From the NCBI GenBank assembly GCA_036172245.1, contig JAYWIR010000001.1:5890001-5954000 (forward strand): a stretch of 64,000 nucleotides of DNA. The letters are read 5' to 3'. The DNA is from Raillietiella orientalis. Lineage: Eukaryota. Below, one piece after another: positions 39,101-52,894 of the stretch. The position numbers were made by a program, and so were the translations under genes. Below the pieces are notes generated by a model. That model searched no databases. It was not told the origin of the DNA and was given only the letters and a program-made list of their open reading frames with translations. How positions within the stretch are numbered: the stretch's first letter is position 1; each line of letters opens with the position of its first letter.

Positions 39101-42100
39101 CAAGTACCTGGGAATCTTTCTGGTTCTCAGCTAGAATCAGTGATTCAGCACACTGATGTGGGTGGCACAGAGCAGAAGTTGTCTTCTCCAAACTCACAGA
39201 ACAATGCCATTTTGCACAAGGTTCTGTCAGCTTCCTCCTACTCTGTATCTCCACCAGGATTATCCACCACAACATACTCAGCTGCTAACATACAAGACAA
39301 CCAGTCCTCACAAGAAGTGTCAGATCGTCCCAAAGAATCTGCCGACTATTGCCTACCTTACGGTTTGAATTATACACCAGAAACGTGTGTTAGCGTTACA
39401 GATATAAAAGGTGACAAATGTTTCCAACCTATTTTGCAACATCCCACAAGCATCTTATTAGTGCCTGCTCCATCACATGCTTTACCATCTTCAAATGCCA
39501 TAAGTGAGTAAACTTGAACTTTATACAACATGTTAGGCCATGTGTGCAGTAGATGGAAGTTCTTGGAAAGAGTATACTTCTTCAGCTGCATTACCCGACA
39601 CTCTGCTTCCTTCTATGTATGCAACTTCAGTACCTGATTCTCTGCCTAAAGAAGTTCCCGTTTTGTCCCACATGGGAGGTGATACAGGATCTGCAGACTG
39701 TTTGAACAGTGCTTCACATGTTGAAAAAGACTCCATATCTGTGAAAGTGCTAGATGATGCAGAGGATGATGATGAAGTTTTTGAAGCAGAGGAACAAACC
39801 AATAGCAAAGCAAACAGCCTGAGCAGAGAGATAAAGCAACGTTCCCAGTCTTTAAGTGCATTGCCGTTGATGAAGGAAGATGCCAGAAGTCCATCAAAAG
39901 TGTGTATAAGGTTATTTTGGGTAATTTATGAACCTGTAACAGTCTCGGGAAAAGGAGCACATCCGAAGACCTATGAATGCTTTTATGATCTTCAGCAAGC
40001 GTCATCGTCCTCTTGTGCATCAGAAACATCCAAACCAGGATAACAGAACAGTTTCAAAAATTTTAGGAGAGTGGTGGTATGCCTTGGCTCCAAACCAAAA
40101 GAAGGAATATCATGATCTAGCATCACAGGTAGTGAATTGAGAAAGCATTCCAAAAATGATTCTGCTGCTGCTCAGGTCAAGGAGGCGCATTTCAAAGCCC
40201 ATCCTGACTGGAAGTGGTGTTCCAAAGATAGGAGAAAGTCGTCAACAGGATCAATGAAAGGAGATGAGCTAGTGCGGAATGCTGGAGGGGAAGAATTAGG
40301 ATTGGGGGATTCATTGGCAAAGTCAACTTGCCCCTCAACAGATCATGGCCCCCTGATCGTCGCCCCGGATCTCGCCGCTCGTTTGTATCCAAACATGCAG
40401 CCAGCATCTTCAGGAGCTTCTAAAGAGAAATCGGTATCTGTTTTAAATATTCAGCTTTCGCTTGATAATGTGGATTTGCCATGAGGAGGGGGAGGAGGAA
40501 GAGGAAGAGGAAGAGATTGATCTAAAATGCAAAGAAAAAATGAACGAAACGGATTCTGAAACTCAGAGTGATACAGAAAATAGTTTTGATACTAAATCCG
40601 GACCACCACAATTTGTAGCAAATGTGGAGATGACTTTCAAGCCAAAGCCCATCAAAGCTAAGTACGTATCCATAGAAAGAAGTGTGCTATAAAAGAATTA
40701 ATATCTTCTAGGCCCTCTCATTTCACAGAATCGTGTTTCTCTCCCGCCTCTCCTGCTTCTGGGCTGCAGTCTCCAGAGTCTACACATTTGCCTTTGCCAT
40801 TGGCTGGAAGCAACAATTTTCATCCTACAGGGGGAGCATTCAAGTGCATGCCCTCATCACCAAAAGTGAAGCTGGTTACTGAAAACTCTCACATTAAAAC
40901 AGAACCTGATGATCAGGATTTGGCAAAGCCAGATAAGCTACTAGCCACATGTGCCCCTACCATTCTACAGTCACCTTATCCTGTATCCATGCTCAGTCCA
41001 AACTCTGTTCCTAAACCAGTGACCTCAGTTGTCACTGGTCTTGTATTCAAATCCGCCAGTCAGAGCCCAGCTGGAAGAGGCCAGGTCCACTATATTTTCC
41101 CATCAGTGTCTTTTCCATCCAGCTCCAATGTCTCCATGGTGCATCTCACCTTTCCTGGTTGGTAAATCGAACATTCTGGCATTTGTTCACTGGCTATTTC
41201 AATCAGCTGCAGACGGAAAAATTGCTTGCCCAGAGAACACTGGCAGCCAGGGCAACCAGCCTTTAGCTAGTGGCGCAGTTGTCTCTGATGACAAAAATCA
41301 AGTGTACCTGACTTTGGCTTCTCAGTCAACTGATCCATCATCAGCCAAAAGGAATCAGCAAGCTACCGGAGAGCTGCTTGGTTGTGAGGCTGCAGGTGAA
41401 TCAGAAGTTTCCGAATGTGGGATGATTGCAGATGTTTTGGGGGGAATCTTGGACCCACCATTTGGTTTGCTATTTTTGCAGAAGCCCCTAGCAGTGAGGC
41501 TGGCAAACTTCTGCTCACAAAACCTGTACCCAGCAGAGCATTGGATGCTCTGTCTAGCATACCTGTTACAGGAGACAAGCATGCAGAATCCGCTTGTCAC
41601 AGCATAGAGGTAAAACTGCTGAGACAGTGATTCAAGTACCACTTGACTGTGCTCCAGAATTCTGAACTAAGGAAAAATCTTGCTCCTCCAATGCCTCCTC
41701 CAGATCATGGGGAGAAAGAAAACTTTCACCTGGCACCAACCCCTGCTCAACTGGGGCAGGCACCACTCCAATTGCGAAATTCAAATACTAGAGAAGTGGG
41801 ATCGATTCCTGCTTCTCCAAATAGGAAAATCGGATTTTTCAAAAAAAGCTTAGATGATAGCATGGATAAGTAAGAGCTATTCCTTCAGTAATCCATTCAT
41901 TCATTTATGGGCTTGTATTTATAGAGTTCTGGAACAAGTCAATTTTCAGGCCAAGTTTTGTAAGTTACCTGAATATAATCCAGAAGAATCCAAGAGCCCT
42001 GGAGTTCCTTTGCGAGCATCTCCCAGTATATTCATGACTTCATATCGTCGCAAACGAAAGGGCTCTGGTAAAAGTAAAATGAAAATCTTCCTCATAATCA

Positions 42101-42734
42101 GTCATCTCATTAGTCACTGATGAGGAGTCAGAACCCTGCTCCCCCCATTATAAAACAACTCGTTCTGATGGTGAATCCAGTGCCAATTCTCATTTGTCTG
42201 GTCCTTTGACACCAAAATCAGCATGCACTCCTAAATCGAGCAAGCTGCAAGGCTGCAAATTTTTTGGCCCAGATTTCAATTTGGAAACTTTCAAAGGTAA
42301 GCCTAGTTGCATCCTGCTTGATTAGTTATATTGATGATAGAAGGCAATTGTGATGGAGGTGGAGATGCCACCTCTCCCGGAATTTTATCTCCCCAGACAC
42401 CACGTGAAGGAGACAAGAATTATTCCAGCAAAAAAAGAGACTTAGATAAACGTCGTCAGCTGGTTATGCAGTTGTTCCATGAATATGGTTTATTCCCTTC
42501 AGGTACTCAGCTATTCAAAAGACTGCTTATCCTGTATTAGCACAAGCAACATCAGAATTCCTTTCTCGACATGCAGCATTTTTCAAAAACAAAGTGGAGC
42601 TTCAGCTGAAGATTCGGGAGGTTCGCCAAAAACTGATGGCACAAAATGGTGCCACCATTAATTCAGGCATGCACGTATTGCCATTTAGATCATGTTGTTG
42701 CTTTGTTTCAGATGTTTCTGAAATTGATACCTGA
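36111..42734 (+). CDS. cic: Capicua HMG-box transcriptional repressor, long (CIC-L) form, multi-exon
   Basis: Large first coding exon 36111-37338 ends in a Tudor-like region ([12 protein letters not shown]). N1 motif [45 protein letters not shown]. 14-3-3-type site [14 protein letters not shown] box [43 protein letters not shown]...[22 protein letters not shown]2-type [18 protein letters not shown]1 domain [17 protein letters not shown]...[13 protein letters not shown]. Confidence 0.97.
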
Positions 42735-45700
42735 AGTGCCATCTCACAAAGCAAATGTCTGTGATATCTGCGGAATTTCCAATCGCAATAGAGTACCCGT
42801 GATGCCATAGAATGGTCTTTAGAGTATACTGCAATTTTTGATAAAAGTCTCTGACATTTAAATGCCTGTTGTGAATTTTATTGAGCAAGAGTGTGTATCT
42901 CATTACAAAATACATACTAATGCATAACAAAGGGACCCTGGTAGGTTGATTTGAGTGAGAAACGTAATGCATTTTCCTTGTTATATGGTTTCTGCCTTTG
43001 AAATTTAATTACAGTTATTTTGAATTTATTACTTTGTGATGGAAAGCAATCCCCTCCAATACAGATTTTGTAAATGATTTTTTTGCAATAATTTGATTTG
43101 TACTGTGTAGATTCTCGCATTGGCATGTACAGTAAAAGTGTGTGTGTGTGTGTGTGTGTGTGTGTAGGTAGGTAGGTAGGGAGGCACACATGTACACGTT
43201 TTTGCTTGTTTGTATGTATGTGCACAACCAAAATATGCACAACAGTCAGGCCAAGAAATTGTGAGGTAGAGATCCGTGACCCCCCGCTACTTCTTGTCTG
43301 TTGATCAGCGCGTTTGTGCGTTCAGTTAGGGGGACACTTCCTGTTGTACAGTGAGCCGAAGTCTGCAAAGTCGAATTTCCTCCCTCCCTTTCTGTGTGGG
43401 TGTGGGTGTTTTTGATTTTGTTTTAGTGGCTTTTTGTATAGGTGCTTTCAAGGACATGGATTCAGCCAAACGAAATCTAAAACTGAATGTCCAAAAACAC
43501 CAAAAGGGATAAAAGCAATAGCAAGTGTTTGTTGATGTATGCGTGCCGAAGTGCAATGAATGCAGCAGTGCATGAGTAACAGCAATAATAATTTTCTTTT
43601 ATCCCGTTGCTCGGATTTGCTAGTGCCACCACCCTATGCGCGCCTACTCCGTCCCTTCCGAGCCGCTGCAGACACACTGGGGTTTCGTGTGCAGCACTTG
43701 CCATCAGTCTTTCATCGCCCGGTGTGTGTCTGAGCGTAATGGTCTCATTAAAATGCCCACATATAAGATGTAAAATTCACACGCCTTGAGTGGCAGTGGG
43801 TAAAAGAAAAGAAAAAAAAAAAAACGTTCCGCCAGTAACGACCTCTTAAGAGGATCCTGTTGTAATGCGGGTTGAATAAAGGAAGTATTCCGGTGTTTGG
43901 TTTCTTATCAAGGAACTTCTTCGCGTCTGAAATGCGTTCGAGGCTTCCAGAAAGTCGTTCGCTAGCTGTGCACCGCGTGCAGGGGGCAACCCTGTTTCGG
44001 GGCGACCAACGGAAGAAACGTTTCCCAGGTTACGACCCTTTGTTTGCTCACCAGCATTGCCATCGCAAATGCCGCGTCGCCTTCCGCACCAGTTAGCACC
44101 TTTTTTTTGATGCGGAAGAGGTGCAGCATCCGCCGACGTGCGCGGTTTCCAAGTGCTGCTAACGTCGTTCGTCCTTAACACGAGCCGGGCTCCCGTCCCC
44201 CGTTCGGCACCAAGGCAACGAGCGGTCGGGAACCAATTTGCCTTCGAAGCCATTTGCATAGCGACCGGGAAATTTGCGTGCGGTCCGGATAACATGCAGA
44301 GAGCCCCGTCGGCGAAATTCGAAAAAAAATGGCGACTGCGGTGGCTGGTGCCTCGATGGGGGGGGGGGGAGCTGGGAAGCGCCAGAAAAAGCCCCGCGCT
44401 TTCCGAATTCTGTTTTACTGAAAAGGAAAAGAAAGAAAGAAGCGAAAAAAAACTTTTGTTTAGGTCTCGAGGCATGTATTGAATGCAATCGAAATGCTCT
44501 TTACTTTCAGGAGAGTCTTTTCGTTGTTTGCCGTGTTGCCCATCTCAGCAGATGCAAATTTCATCCCTCCCCCCCTTCGTCCCCCCTCCCCTTTTTTTTC
44601 CTTTACTTACGTCAAAATAGCCCCAAAGGCCCCAGGTAAATGATAGGCAAACGGAAATCAAAGCAGACAGACGTTGATACCGAAAGCGGATCCGTGGCTA
44701 GTAGCCTGATGGGAAGCTGTCCAGAGTCTTCTGAAGATGTGACGAATAATTACGACAAGAGAAGCAACGGTTCAGGGGGTGGGCAGGGTTCGAAGGGGGC
44801 CCTCGAAGAAGCCCGTCGAGATGCTGCGCGAATTCGGAAAAATCCGAACCTGCGCACTCAAGGTTAACGAAAAGAAGCGAGGGAGGTGCGTGCGCAGCGC
44901 TCGTTGCCAGAGATGTTGGCTTCCATGGAAATTGCTGATTTCGAGGTGAGCAGCTTCGGTTCGATCATCACGACATGAGAGAGTGGCAGGGGGGAACTCC
45001 GAGGGAGGTAACCAGTCTCTCTGGTCCTGTCAGCCCGCGTACTCTGGGCTGATCAGAGACCGGAACTGGCATTTATTGTATGCAGCAGCATTCCGTTTCC
45101 CGTTTCGGTCGTCGTCGCGCAGCTTCTTTCTCTCTCTCTCTCTCTCTCTCTCTTTTCTCCCCTCTCCCCCCCCTCCCCGGGTCGCCACACGCTTGCAAAC
45201 TCTACCTGTCACCGAGTGCTCGTGCTCGGTGGAACCGAGGAGAAGGAAGCTGAGGTCTTCGCGGCGCCGCAGGAGCGTTCGAACGTGCCCGGGGAGGGGT
45301 GGGGGGGTGGAAGACTCGGAGCGGGGTGTAGGTTCCATGCCCCTAGGGGAGGAAGAGGGGGAAAGGCGTGTACATGGCGACTTGCGGAAACCATGGACGA
45401 AGCCTGCGTTTTGCGCAGGGGGAGACCATACCGAGACAGAGTCTCAGATGTAAATAAATGAGGAAGGGGGGAGGGGGGAGCCTCGTAACTATGTCGACGC
45501 GAACGTGAATCGTGGGCGAGTTTTTCAGCACGTGATTTTGCGTTACAGCTGCGTGGTAGGAAACTGTGCCAGCGGAACCCGGGTGGCTCTCATGAACCGA
45601 TACACGGGCTCCAGTAAATGATGGCTTGCCGAGTGATTGGAAGCTGCAGCGAACGTTCCGGATTGAAAATCTGATTGCTCCAGCTGGGAGAAGCTGTTGC

Positions 45701-46689
45701 GACGTTTGAGTGATCGTGGTGTGCTGTCGCATTCATCTCTCGTGCAAAGACCGGGAATAAAATCCGATCCGTCTTACAGTGTGCATTCCTTTGGGGAAGT
45801 AGGAGGACGCTGCGTGACGTGACGGTTAACTTCGCGCTCGGGAGGCTGGGCGATCTCCCGCACCAAGGATCGGTGGCAACTCCGGGATGCTTCGAAACGC
45901 AGCGTTCGAAAAGTCGTAACAAGCAAACAAGCGAGCGAGCAATCCCTCACCTCCGGAGGGCGGAAACCAGGCATCGCTGGCAAAGGAAACCAGCCGGTGA
46001 CGGCGGCGGCGCTTCCGTGACCGCCAGCGTGGAGCGCGCGATTTGTGCGATTCGCAAGGCGAAGAGGGCGTGCCGCAGGACATGGTTGGGTGATCTCCTT
46101 GGGGGAGTCCGACCGTGGATTGGGTTCGCCCGATGGCCCGGGAAGCGCAGCTCCAGCGCAGGTGCACCCTCGACAGCAGTTGGACGAGCCTACCCCCGCT
46201 GCAGTCGGAGCACTCCAGCTCCGAAGACGGAAGATCTCGCTGACCAGGACCAGGACTTTGGCGACGGATGCCAGTTCGGCGGGCGGGCGAGAAAGGGAAG
46301 GGAGGTTCCGCGGGCACCTCGCGAGTTGAGGAGCCGGAGAACCGGAGGATGCGTTCGAGCCTTCGGACAGTCCCGGGGTGAAGACGAAGGAAGAAACTGC
46401 TCGGCTCTTGGCTTCGGCGTGTATCCAGCTCGCACAGGCTGCCCTGGCAGAGAGGGGAAGACTGAAAACCTGCCCGTTCCCCTTCCTTCTCCTCCTCCTC
46501 CTGCCGGTCGTCCTATCCACTCGAGGCCCGTACTGCCGTGCCCCGAGTTTCAGCTGACTGTCGTCGTCATCGTCAGATGGTTCTCTCTTGGTAACGAGCG
46601 GCCGAAGAGGCGTCCGGCCACAGGGAGAGGGCAGCGCTCCCCGGCGTTTCTGGGTATCCGGCAATGGCAGTTAGTTTGCTGAACCTCTG

Positions 46690-47050
46690 TCAGCAAAGCG
46701 CCGAAGATCAGAGGAGCCAGTGTTTTCGATCTGCAGTCTCCTCCTCGCGCTGCAAGCGTCCCAACGGTTCCATCTTCTGCAGCTGTTTGAATAAAGGGTG
46801 CGTCCACCTTCTTCTGTTTCCCTTTGAGGCGTGCGTGGTCCATCTCGGATGCTGCTCCCAGGTGCGAAAAGCAGCCCGGCAGCGCCCTCTTTTCAGGCGA
46901 GATCTCCCTTCTCCAAGAAGTGAAGTTATATCCTTCGTTCGGCCACTCAGCTGCCCGTGAGGAAATCCTGGAAAGCTGCGGATGCTGGCGCTCAGGCAGC
47001 TGCTGGGATCTCGTTTGCCTCTGTCGGATTTTCTGGGCACACCTTCCCCT
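46690..47050 (-). mobile_element. Possible decayed CR1/L2-type LINE fragment (post-RT region)
   Basis: SIRSFPGFPHGQLSGRTKDITSL, CFSHLGAASEMDHARLKGKQKK and THPLFKQL occur in order across two frames. They resemble the KFLG...LSW...HI / VWG...L.RL...Q.K / HT.PLFKQL pattern. Confidence 0.35.
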
Positions 47051-49599
47051 CCTGCGTTTCTCAGTTTCCCCGACCCAGGCGCTACGCAGTGGGCGGAAGA
47101 ACCTCAGCATCCGGGAAACCCGGACTCTCGCGTCCCGCCCTCGAGCGCTCCGGCGGGTGGGATGAAGGACCGGGCGGCGCCTCCCGTCCGGAGGAGTCGC
47201 CTCTTCAGATCTCCGGCTGCTTCCGAATCTTCTCCTCCTCAACTTTCGGCGCCTGGGTCACGCCTCCTCAGCGGACGGACCGTCCCCGACAGGGCGGAGG
47301 GGGAGCTCGCGAACTTCCCCGACGCTGGAGGTGCGCAGCAGCGGGACGGGAGGCGAGGCCCGCGTGACCTGCCGCGAGCGGGAGGGCGGCACCGCTCGAA
47401 GGCGGCGGCAGCGCCTGCTCCGAGCGTCCGCGAAGCCGTGGCGATGGTAACTGGGCCCCCGGTGAACCGTCGGCTTCTCTCCGACCTCCACTTCCTTTCC
47501 GCCTCCTCACCGTCGCCGTCGTGTCGTTCTTCTCCTTTTGGTCCATTAAACACGTCCGTTGCCTTCTTCCTCTGCGCGGCCGCGCCGCCTCGACGCACTT
47601 TTTTCCGTCCTTCCCCTGTTTTGGTACCCTCCGGAGCCCGCTGCCCATCGGACAAACCACTCATGGGGAGGAGCGCTCCTCGCTTGCATGGTTGCACCCT
47701 TCCTCCCGCGCGCGCGCCCTCGGCGGCAGCGGCGTCGCGCGAGCTGCCGCTGGGATTTATTTATTTTTCTCGCTTGGACGGCGAGCAAGGAAGGAGACTT
47801 TCCGAATACCCGCGGAGTTACGTCCTGTTTCCTCCGCCGCAACAAGCCTTTGTTTCCTTCTTCCCCCCTGTCTCATCCTCATCCTCTCCTCTCGGCTCGA
47901 GAAAGCGGCGCTGCGCTTCCGTGCCCCCGTTTTCGCCCGCCGAGTGGATTTCCCGAGTTCCCGTTGCCACGTTCCACACTCACGCGGGACACCCTGTTTA
48001 CCTTCCCCAGCCTCCGGCATAAATAATGACTAATTGCGAGCGGGAAGCGGAGTGGCGGATCTTCCCGTCTTCGCGCGCTTCGAAGATAACAGCCCCGGAG
48101 ACGGAGTTCGCCCTCCTCCCCCGAAGGAACGCGCGCTCCAAAACAAACTCCGGCGTCGGTCGCAGCCTGGGGCCTTCCCTCGAATGCTGATTCCGAGAAA
48201 GCTCAGCTAGTCTTCTGGTCCAGGGATGCTCCAAACTCGACGGATCCCCGGTGCGGACCGAACGGATGTTTTCATTTCTTGCTTACGTTTCGTTCAGGAA
48301 AACCGAGGAGGAGGAGGAGGGGGGGGGGGAACGCAAGTTCGGACCACCAAACCGCAAGGGCAGGATCTTCCCGGAATGCACGCAGCCGCTGGAACCGGGA
48401 AAATACGGTACAATCACGGAAGAAACCAGCCCGGGGAACGCGATCCAGTCACGTCACGACTGACTCATCGCAGCACATTTCATTCTGATGAGGCAGGTCA
48501 CGAATTCGCATAAAAATAAGCAACATGGAGCAGACTCATGGTGAACAGAAATGATTGGATCGCAGATGAGTGGTCGATGGCGATAATGGCGGCAGGAATG
48601 AATAGTCCTCCTACTTTATACTTCGTTCCATTCACAAGTACATCCGTTGGGATTGCGGTCCCACTGTACACGACGCAAACCTCTTTCGCTCATTGGCTTG
48701 TTCGTTCTCCATCTTAATTCTCAGGATGCACTCGTGCCAGTCTCAGGTTGAGTTTTTAGAACCGAAGAAGCCATTTCCAAAAATTCCTAAACATGGAAAC
48801 AAATCTTTTTCGCGGATGTCGCGGAGAACCGGTGGGAAATTTCGTGGCAAACGTTCGCATGAGGCAAATGCTGCTGCGACTCCGGTTTCTGACGAAATTC
48901 GAAAGTGCATGCAAACATGGATCGATGGTCTTTAAGAACCGATTTCAGGAAAAGGAATGTTCCACGGCTACTTCCAGTCCGGGAATAGCACGGCTGGAAT
49001 CTAGAACAGAACAAGACACCGAGTAGACGGAAAGACAAATGATAGCCAAAGGAATTGAATCCTTCAGTCGGTTTTGCTCCAGTGGTTTGTTTACAGATTT
49101 GTTACTCGGAAAACTCGGACAGCCATTTTGTATCAATATTCCTTTACAAACTTTTACCCAAAATGTCAAAGAGCAACTTTCGTGTTTCAGCTCCAGGCTT
49201 TTCATGTCAGTTACCACTCTCGTTAATTTTTTGCATTTAAGAATTAGCATTGAATGATCACTTTTAATTTCCATACATGGCATAAGAACCTGATGTCTCA
49301 CCCTTTTTTTGACTGGGTGTTTAAATAATCACACACACAGTAGCCCTATCATGGTAAACACCCCACAAACAAATGCGATTCCAGTCCGTGAACCATGCAA
49401 TTCATGCTCACAAAAACCTTTCACCTTTCGTTTATTATTAAATAAAAATCAACATTTGTTATAAACGTGTTATGTATTATGATCATTATGATACATGCGT
49501 ATGTGCCATATGAAAAGTATGCATCCATTATCTACATAATAAAAACAATAGTTCCAGTACATCAAGTACATTTGTAACATTTTCAAAAGTTCTTTCGAA

Positions 49600-50620
49600 G
49601 CGAATCCTCAACTGTGCTTTGTTTCATAAACGCCTATGCCGAGCTCCATTCTTTCAGCACAGCATCTCACCTATGTAGTAACAGCTGTCCAGGCAACATG
49701 TGATGAGATCTGTATACTGGAGCAAGGAAAAACATGTAACTGAATTTGCAAGTCCCTTTCATTAATGGTTCCCATTCACCTCTTGTTTGTTCATTGATTT
49801 GAAAGTACACATGTACGTTCGGTGAGGGCACAAATCATTAAGTACCAAGCAAAGCATCCTTTATAGAATGCCTGCTCACTTGAGATTGAATGGCTATCCA
49901 ATGCAACCTTCACGGTGCAGTATGAAGCTAAAGGACCGAGCACACTTTTCAAATCCATTTCTATAGTTTTCAGCACTTTTGCCCTGCACTTCGAAAACTT
50001 TAGAGTTCGTACGATCGCTGTACAGTCGTGCAGCTCAGCCACCTGTCGGTTTCCTACGTTGTATACGACAATACAAGGAGCGTCCACAAAAGTCGTTGGT
50101 ACAGATTTCTATGCTGACCCGAACGCGCCATTCGCCGCAACACTCACCATCCAAGTTCAGCATCCTTTCAATCTCTTTTCGAAGCACTTCCCGTTTTTCA
50201 CAGTTTTTATTTACCGCGCCATCCCACAATTTGGCCGCTGCTTACGTACTTTGCCCCATAAGGTATCCCGAGGTTTGAAGCAAAACATTGCCAACATTTA
50301 CATGTAGGAGCTGAGTCATGCACAGATTTAGTAACACTCTGTTGTATTTTCATGAAGACGTGTTGTTCGATGGAGAACGGGAGCGTGGACGGAATTCTCT
50401 CGGGATGCGGTTGTTCAAGCTGAATAGTCGCAAATGAAATTGGAGCATCATGCTTTCGGCTATTGATGCTCAGCAGCACATCCTCGGATGCAAACTTTCA
50501 GGAGCACTCTCTTCGCGTCATCAGGAAGAATGTCCTTTCAGGCCTCTACTCGGTGCTGATATTTCTTTCCAGTGATTTATGAGCGTTGTCGCACGCGGTA
50601 TTCTCGAAGCTGCCCATTTC
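49600..50620 (-). other. Possible unidentified short-intron gene
   Basis: Protein-like ORF pieces of ordinary complexity are separated by ~40-55-nt GT..AG segments. One piece (IVVYNVGNRQVAELHDCTAIVRTLKFS) is WD40-like. I could not build one continuous frame. Confidence 0.3.
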
Positions 50621-52894
50621 TTCCAAATGAACACGCTTGATATTATTTCATTTTATTTTCACTGAGATTTTTCAGCAGAGGTGGTTCACGCATTCCTTTT
50701 GCCGTTCAGGGTTTCCACCGTGCAATCCGCGCCACCTCCGAAGTCACGCAGAATTTCCTTGCTGGTGCGAGGTGGTGCTCCTCTGACTCGGAAACCACGA
50801 ATTGCGTTCGGATGCTCAGCATATTGCAAAATTATTATTTCTCTTAGAATTTTCGAGAAAAAAAACGCTCGGTTCTACTGGGTATTTGAGGGAGAGTGAA
50901 CTTCCCAATCTGAATCTGATCAAACAAGATCTGATCGTGTACTGTAAAGCAGGTTCATTCCGTAGATTCAGACCGACTTTTGAGCATGAGCAGGGGGGTG
51001 ACTTTCCTGAAAACGCCTCACGATAAACGGCTGGCTCGATAATTCCTAATGAGGCGACGAAGATGCAAGCTCAAGTCGGGAGCGTACAGTAGCAACCCAG
51101 GACGATGTTAATTTGCCACATGAGAAGACAAATAAACCGACGCATTCCTATTTGCTCCAGAACCGGGAATTTCTTTGAGGCTTCTTTTTCGTGTCCCTCC
51201 CTTCTGCGATTGAAAAAGGGAGGAGAGGAAAGCGACGCGTCGGAACGTGGGAGTTCTGGTCCTGGGAAGCTGCCCTCGTCCTTCTGGTTGCGACGGATGC
51301 TGCGATTTCGGGGCAGATGAGACCGAGGGCAGATCGCAGAAGCCTGGAGCTCGTGCAGTGAGTTGATAACGCTCTTTGTGTGGGAGATTAATTGCTGAGC
51401 TGAAAATCTTCTTGTTGCAAACTCCGTACGTCGCCTGTCCGGTACGTCAGCATCCGAGGCTTTTGCAAGAAGAATAATCTGGCGATTGCAGATCCCCGTG
51501 GAGTGTTTTTTTCGAGCTGGTCCAGAGCCTTTGGTCGGAGAAGGCGGAACACGAGCCAAAGTGAGTCGTGGGGGAAATGGAATGGTTGTCGATGTGTTTT
51601 GGGGGACGCATTTGCATGTTGTTCGTATTTGGGACCCACTTGTCTGATGTGATGCTGCTGACTAACCTTTTTTTTTTTCCACGTTCACCGAAACCTCGCT
51701 CGACATGCAGTGCATAATGCTTCGAAGAAGTGGTTCATCTGGGCAGTGTCCGTGTTGAGAACGATCGTGCAGATCCGTAAGGGCGGAATTCGAGAAAATC
51801 CCGGTCGGAAAACGAATTCTCTTGGTCCCCCCCTCCCCACAAAATGCACTCGGTCTTTGATCCTAATCATTTGGCCCTATCGTGCTACTCTTTTTCTTGT
51901 TTTTGGGGGGATTGCCCACATCGCTTTACGAGGTGGTGGGAACTGTAACACATTAATTACCAAGTGGTGTTCTCAAAAACATGACCTCTGTTTTTCAAGT
52001 GTTCGTTTTTTTTTTTTTTCATTCATCCGTGCAATTAAAAAAAAAATGGTTCAGAGTTGAGACTTCACCAAAACACACATTTTTGCCACACTTTTTTAGC
52101 CTAGCATTTTCAGAAAACTGTAATGGACATAAAAGCTGAATTCGAATTTTGGGGTGTTTAGTTGTATAAATACTGTTGCTTGTGGCAGTTGCTTCCCTAG
52201 CACCTGAATTGATTTCTCTTTGCATGTTTATATTTATCTTTCATATTCAGTTATTTTCTTGTAAGTTATGTCGGGTATGCGTAATTTCTCATCTGAACAC
52301 CGAAGAATGTCTAGCCTGAAATTTTAAAAATACATTTGCACGTTGGCAGTGTTCAGATTTCAGTGTAAATTTTAATTTGAGGACAAAGTCCCCATTTTTG
52401 TTATGGAAATTTAAGTATTCAATTCAGTCAGTATTCTCTGAAAACACCAAAATTACTATTGGTGATGGATTTCCTAGCAGCATATGTTGTATCATAAATC
52501 TTAGTTATATTATGCTTGTGTGAATGTGTGTACACGTGTACTCAGAGCTGGTGAGTTGCAGATATTTATGTCATTGGAGCGAATGCTTCAGGAGAGCCAT
52601 GACATAATACCGTTGTTCAACTGTGTATGTGAATATTAAAATAAAGGTAACAATGCCAGTGTCATTAATGTATTGTTTGCTGCACAATTTTGCAAATGAT
52701 ATTCACAGGTGAACTAGTATTATACAAATCACAGTTATGTGAATAGTAGGTTGCATTGAAAAGAAGGAAAACACCTTTTCGTTGCTGAAATTGAATATGT
52801 CACACATTTGGAGAAAAATTAAAATCTTAATCATTAGCATGTTTGTTGGGAGATATGCTAACAATATGTCCCTCAATACCATATTGTTTATTAG

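Noticed and set aside
44602-44740. Strong minus-strand donor GAC|GTAAGT with an upstream acceptor
   Set aside because: All three frames of the implied exon contain stops. It cannot be supported without RNA data.
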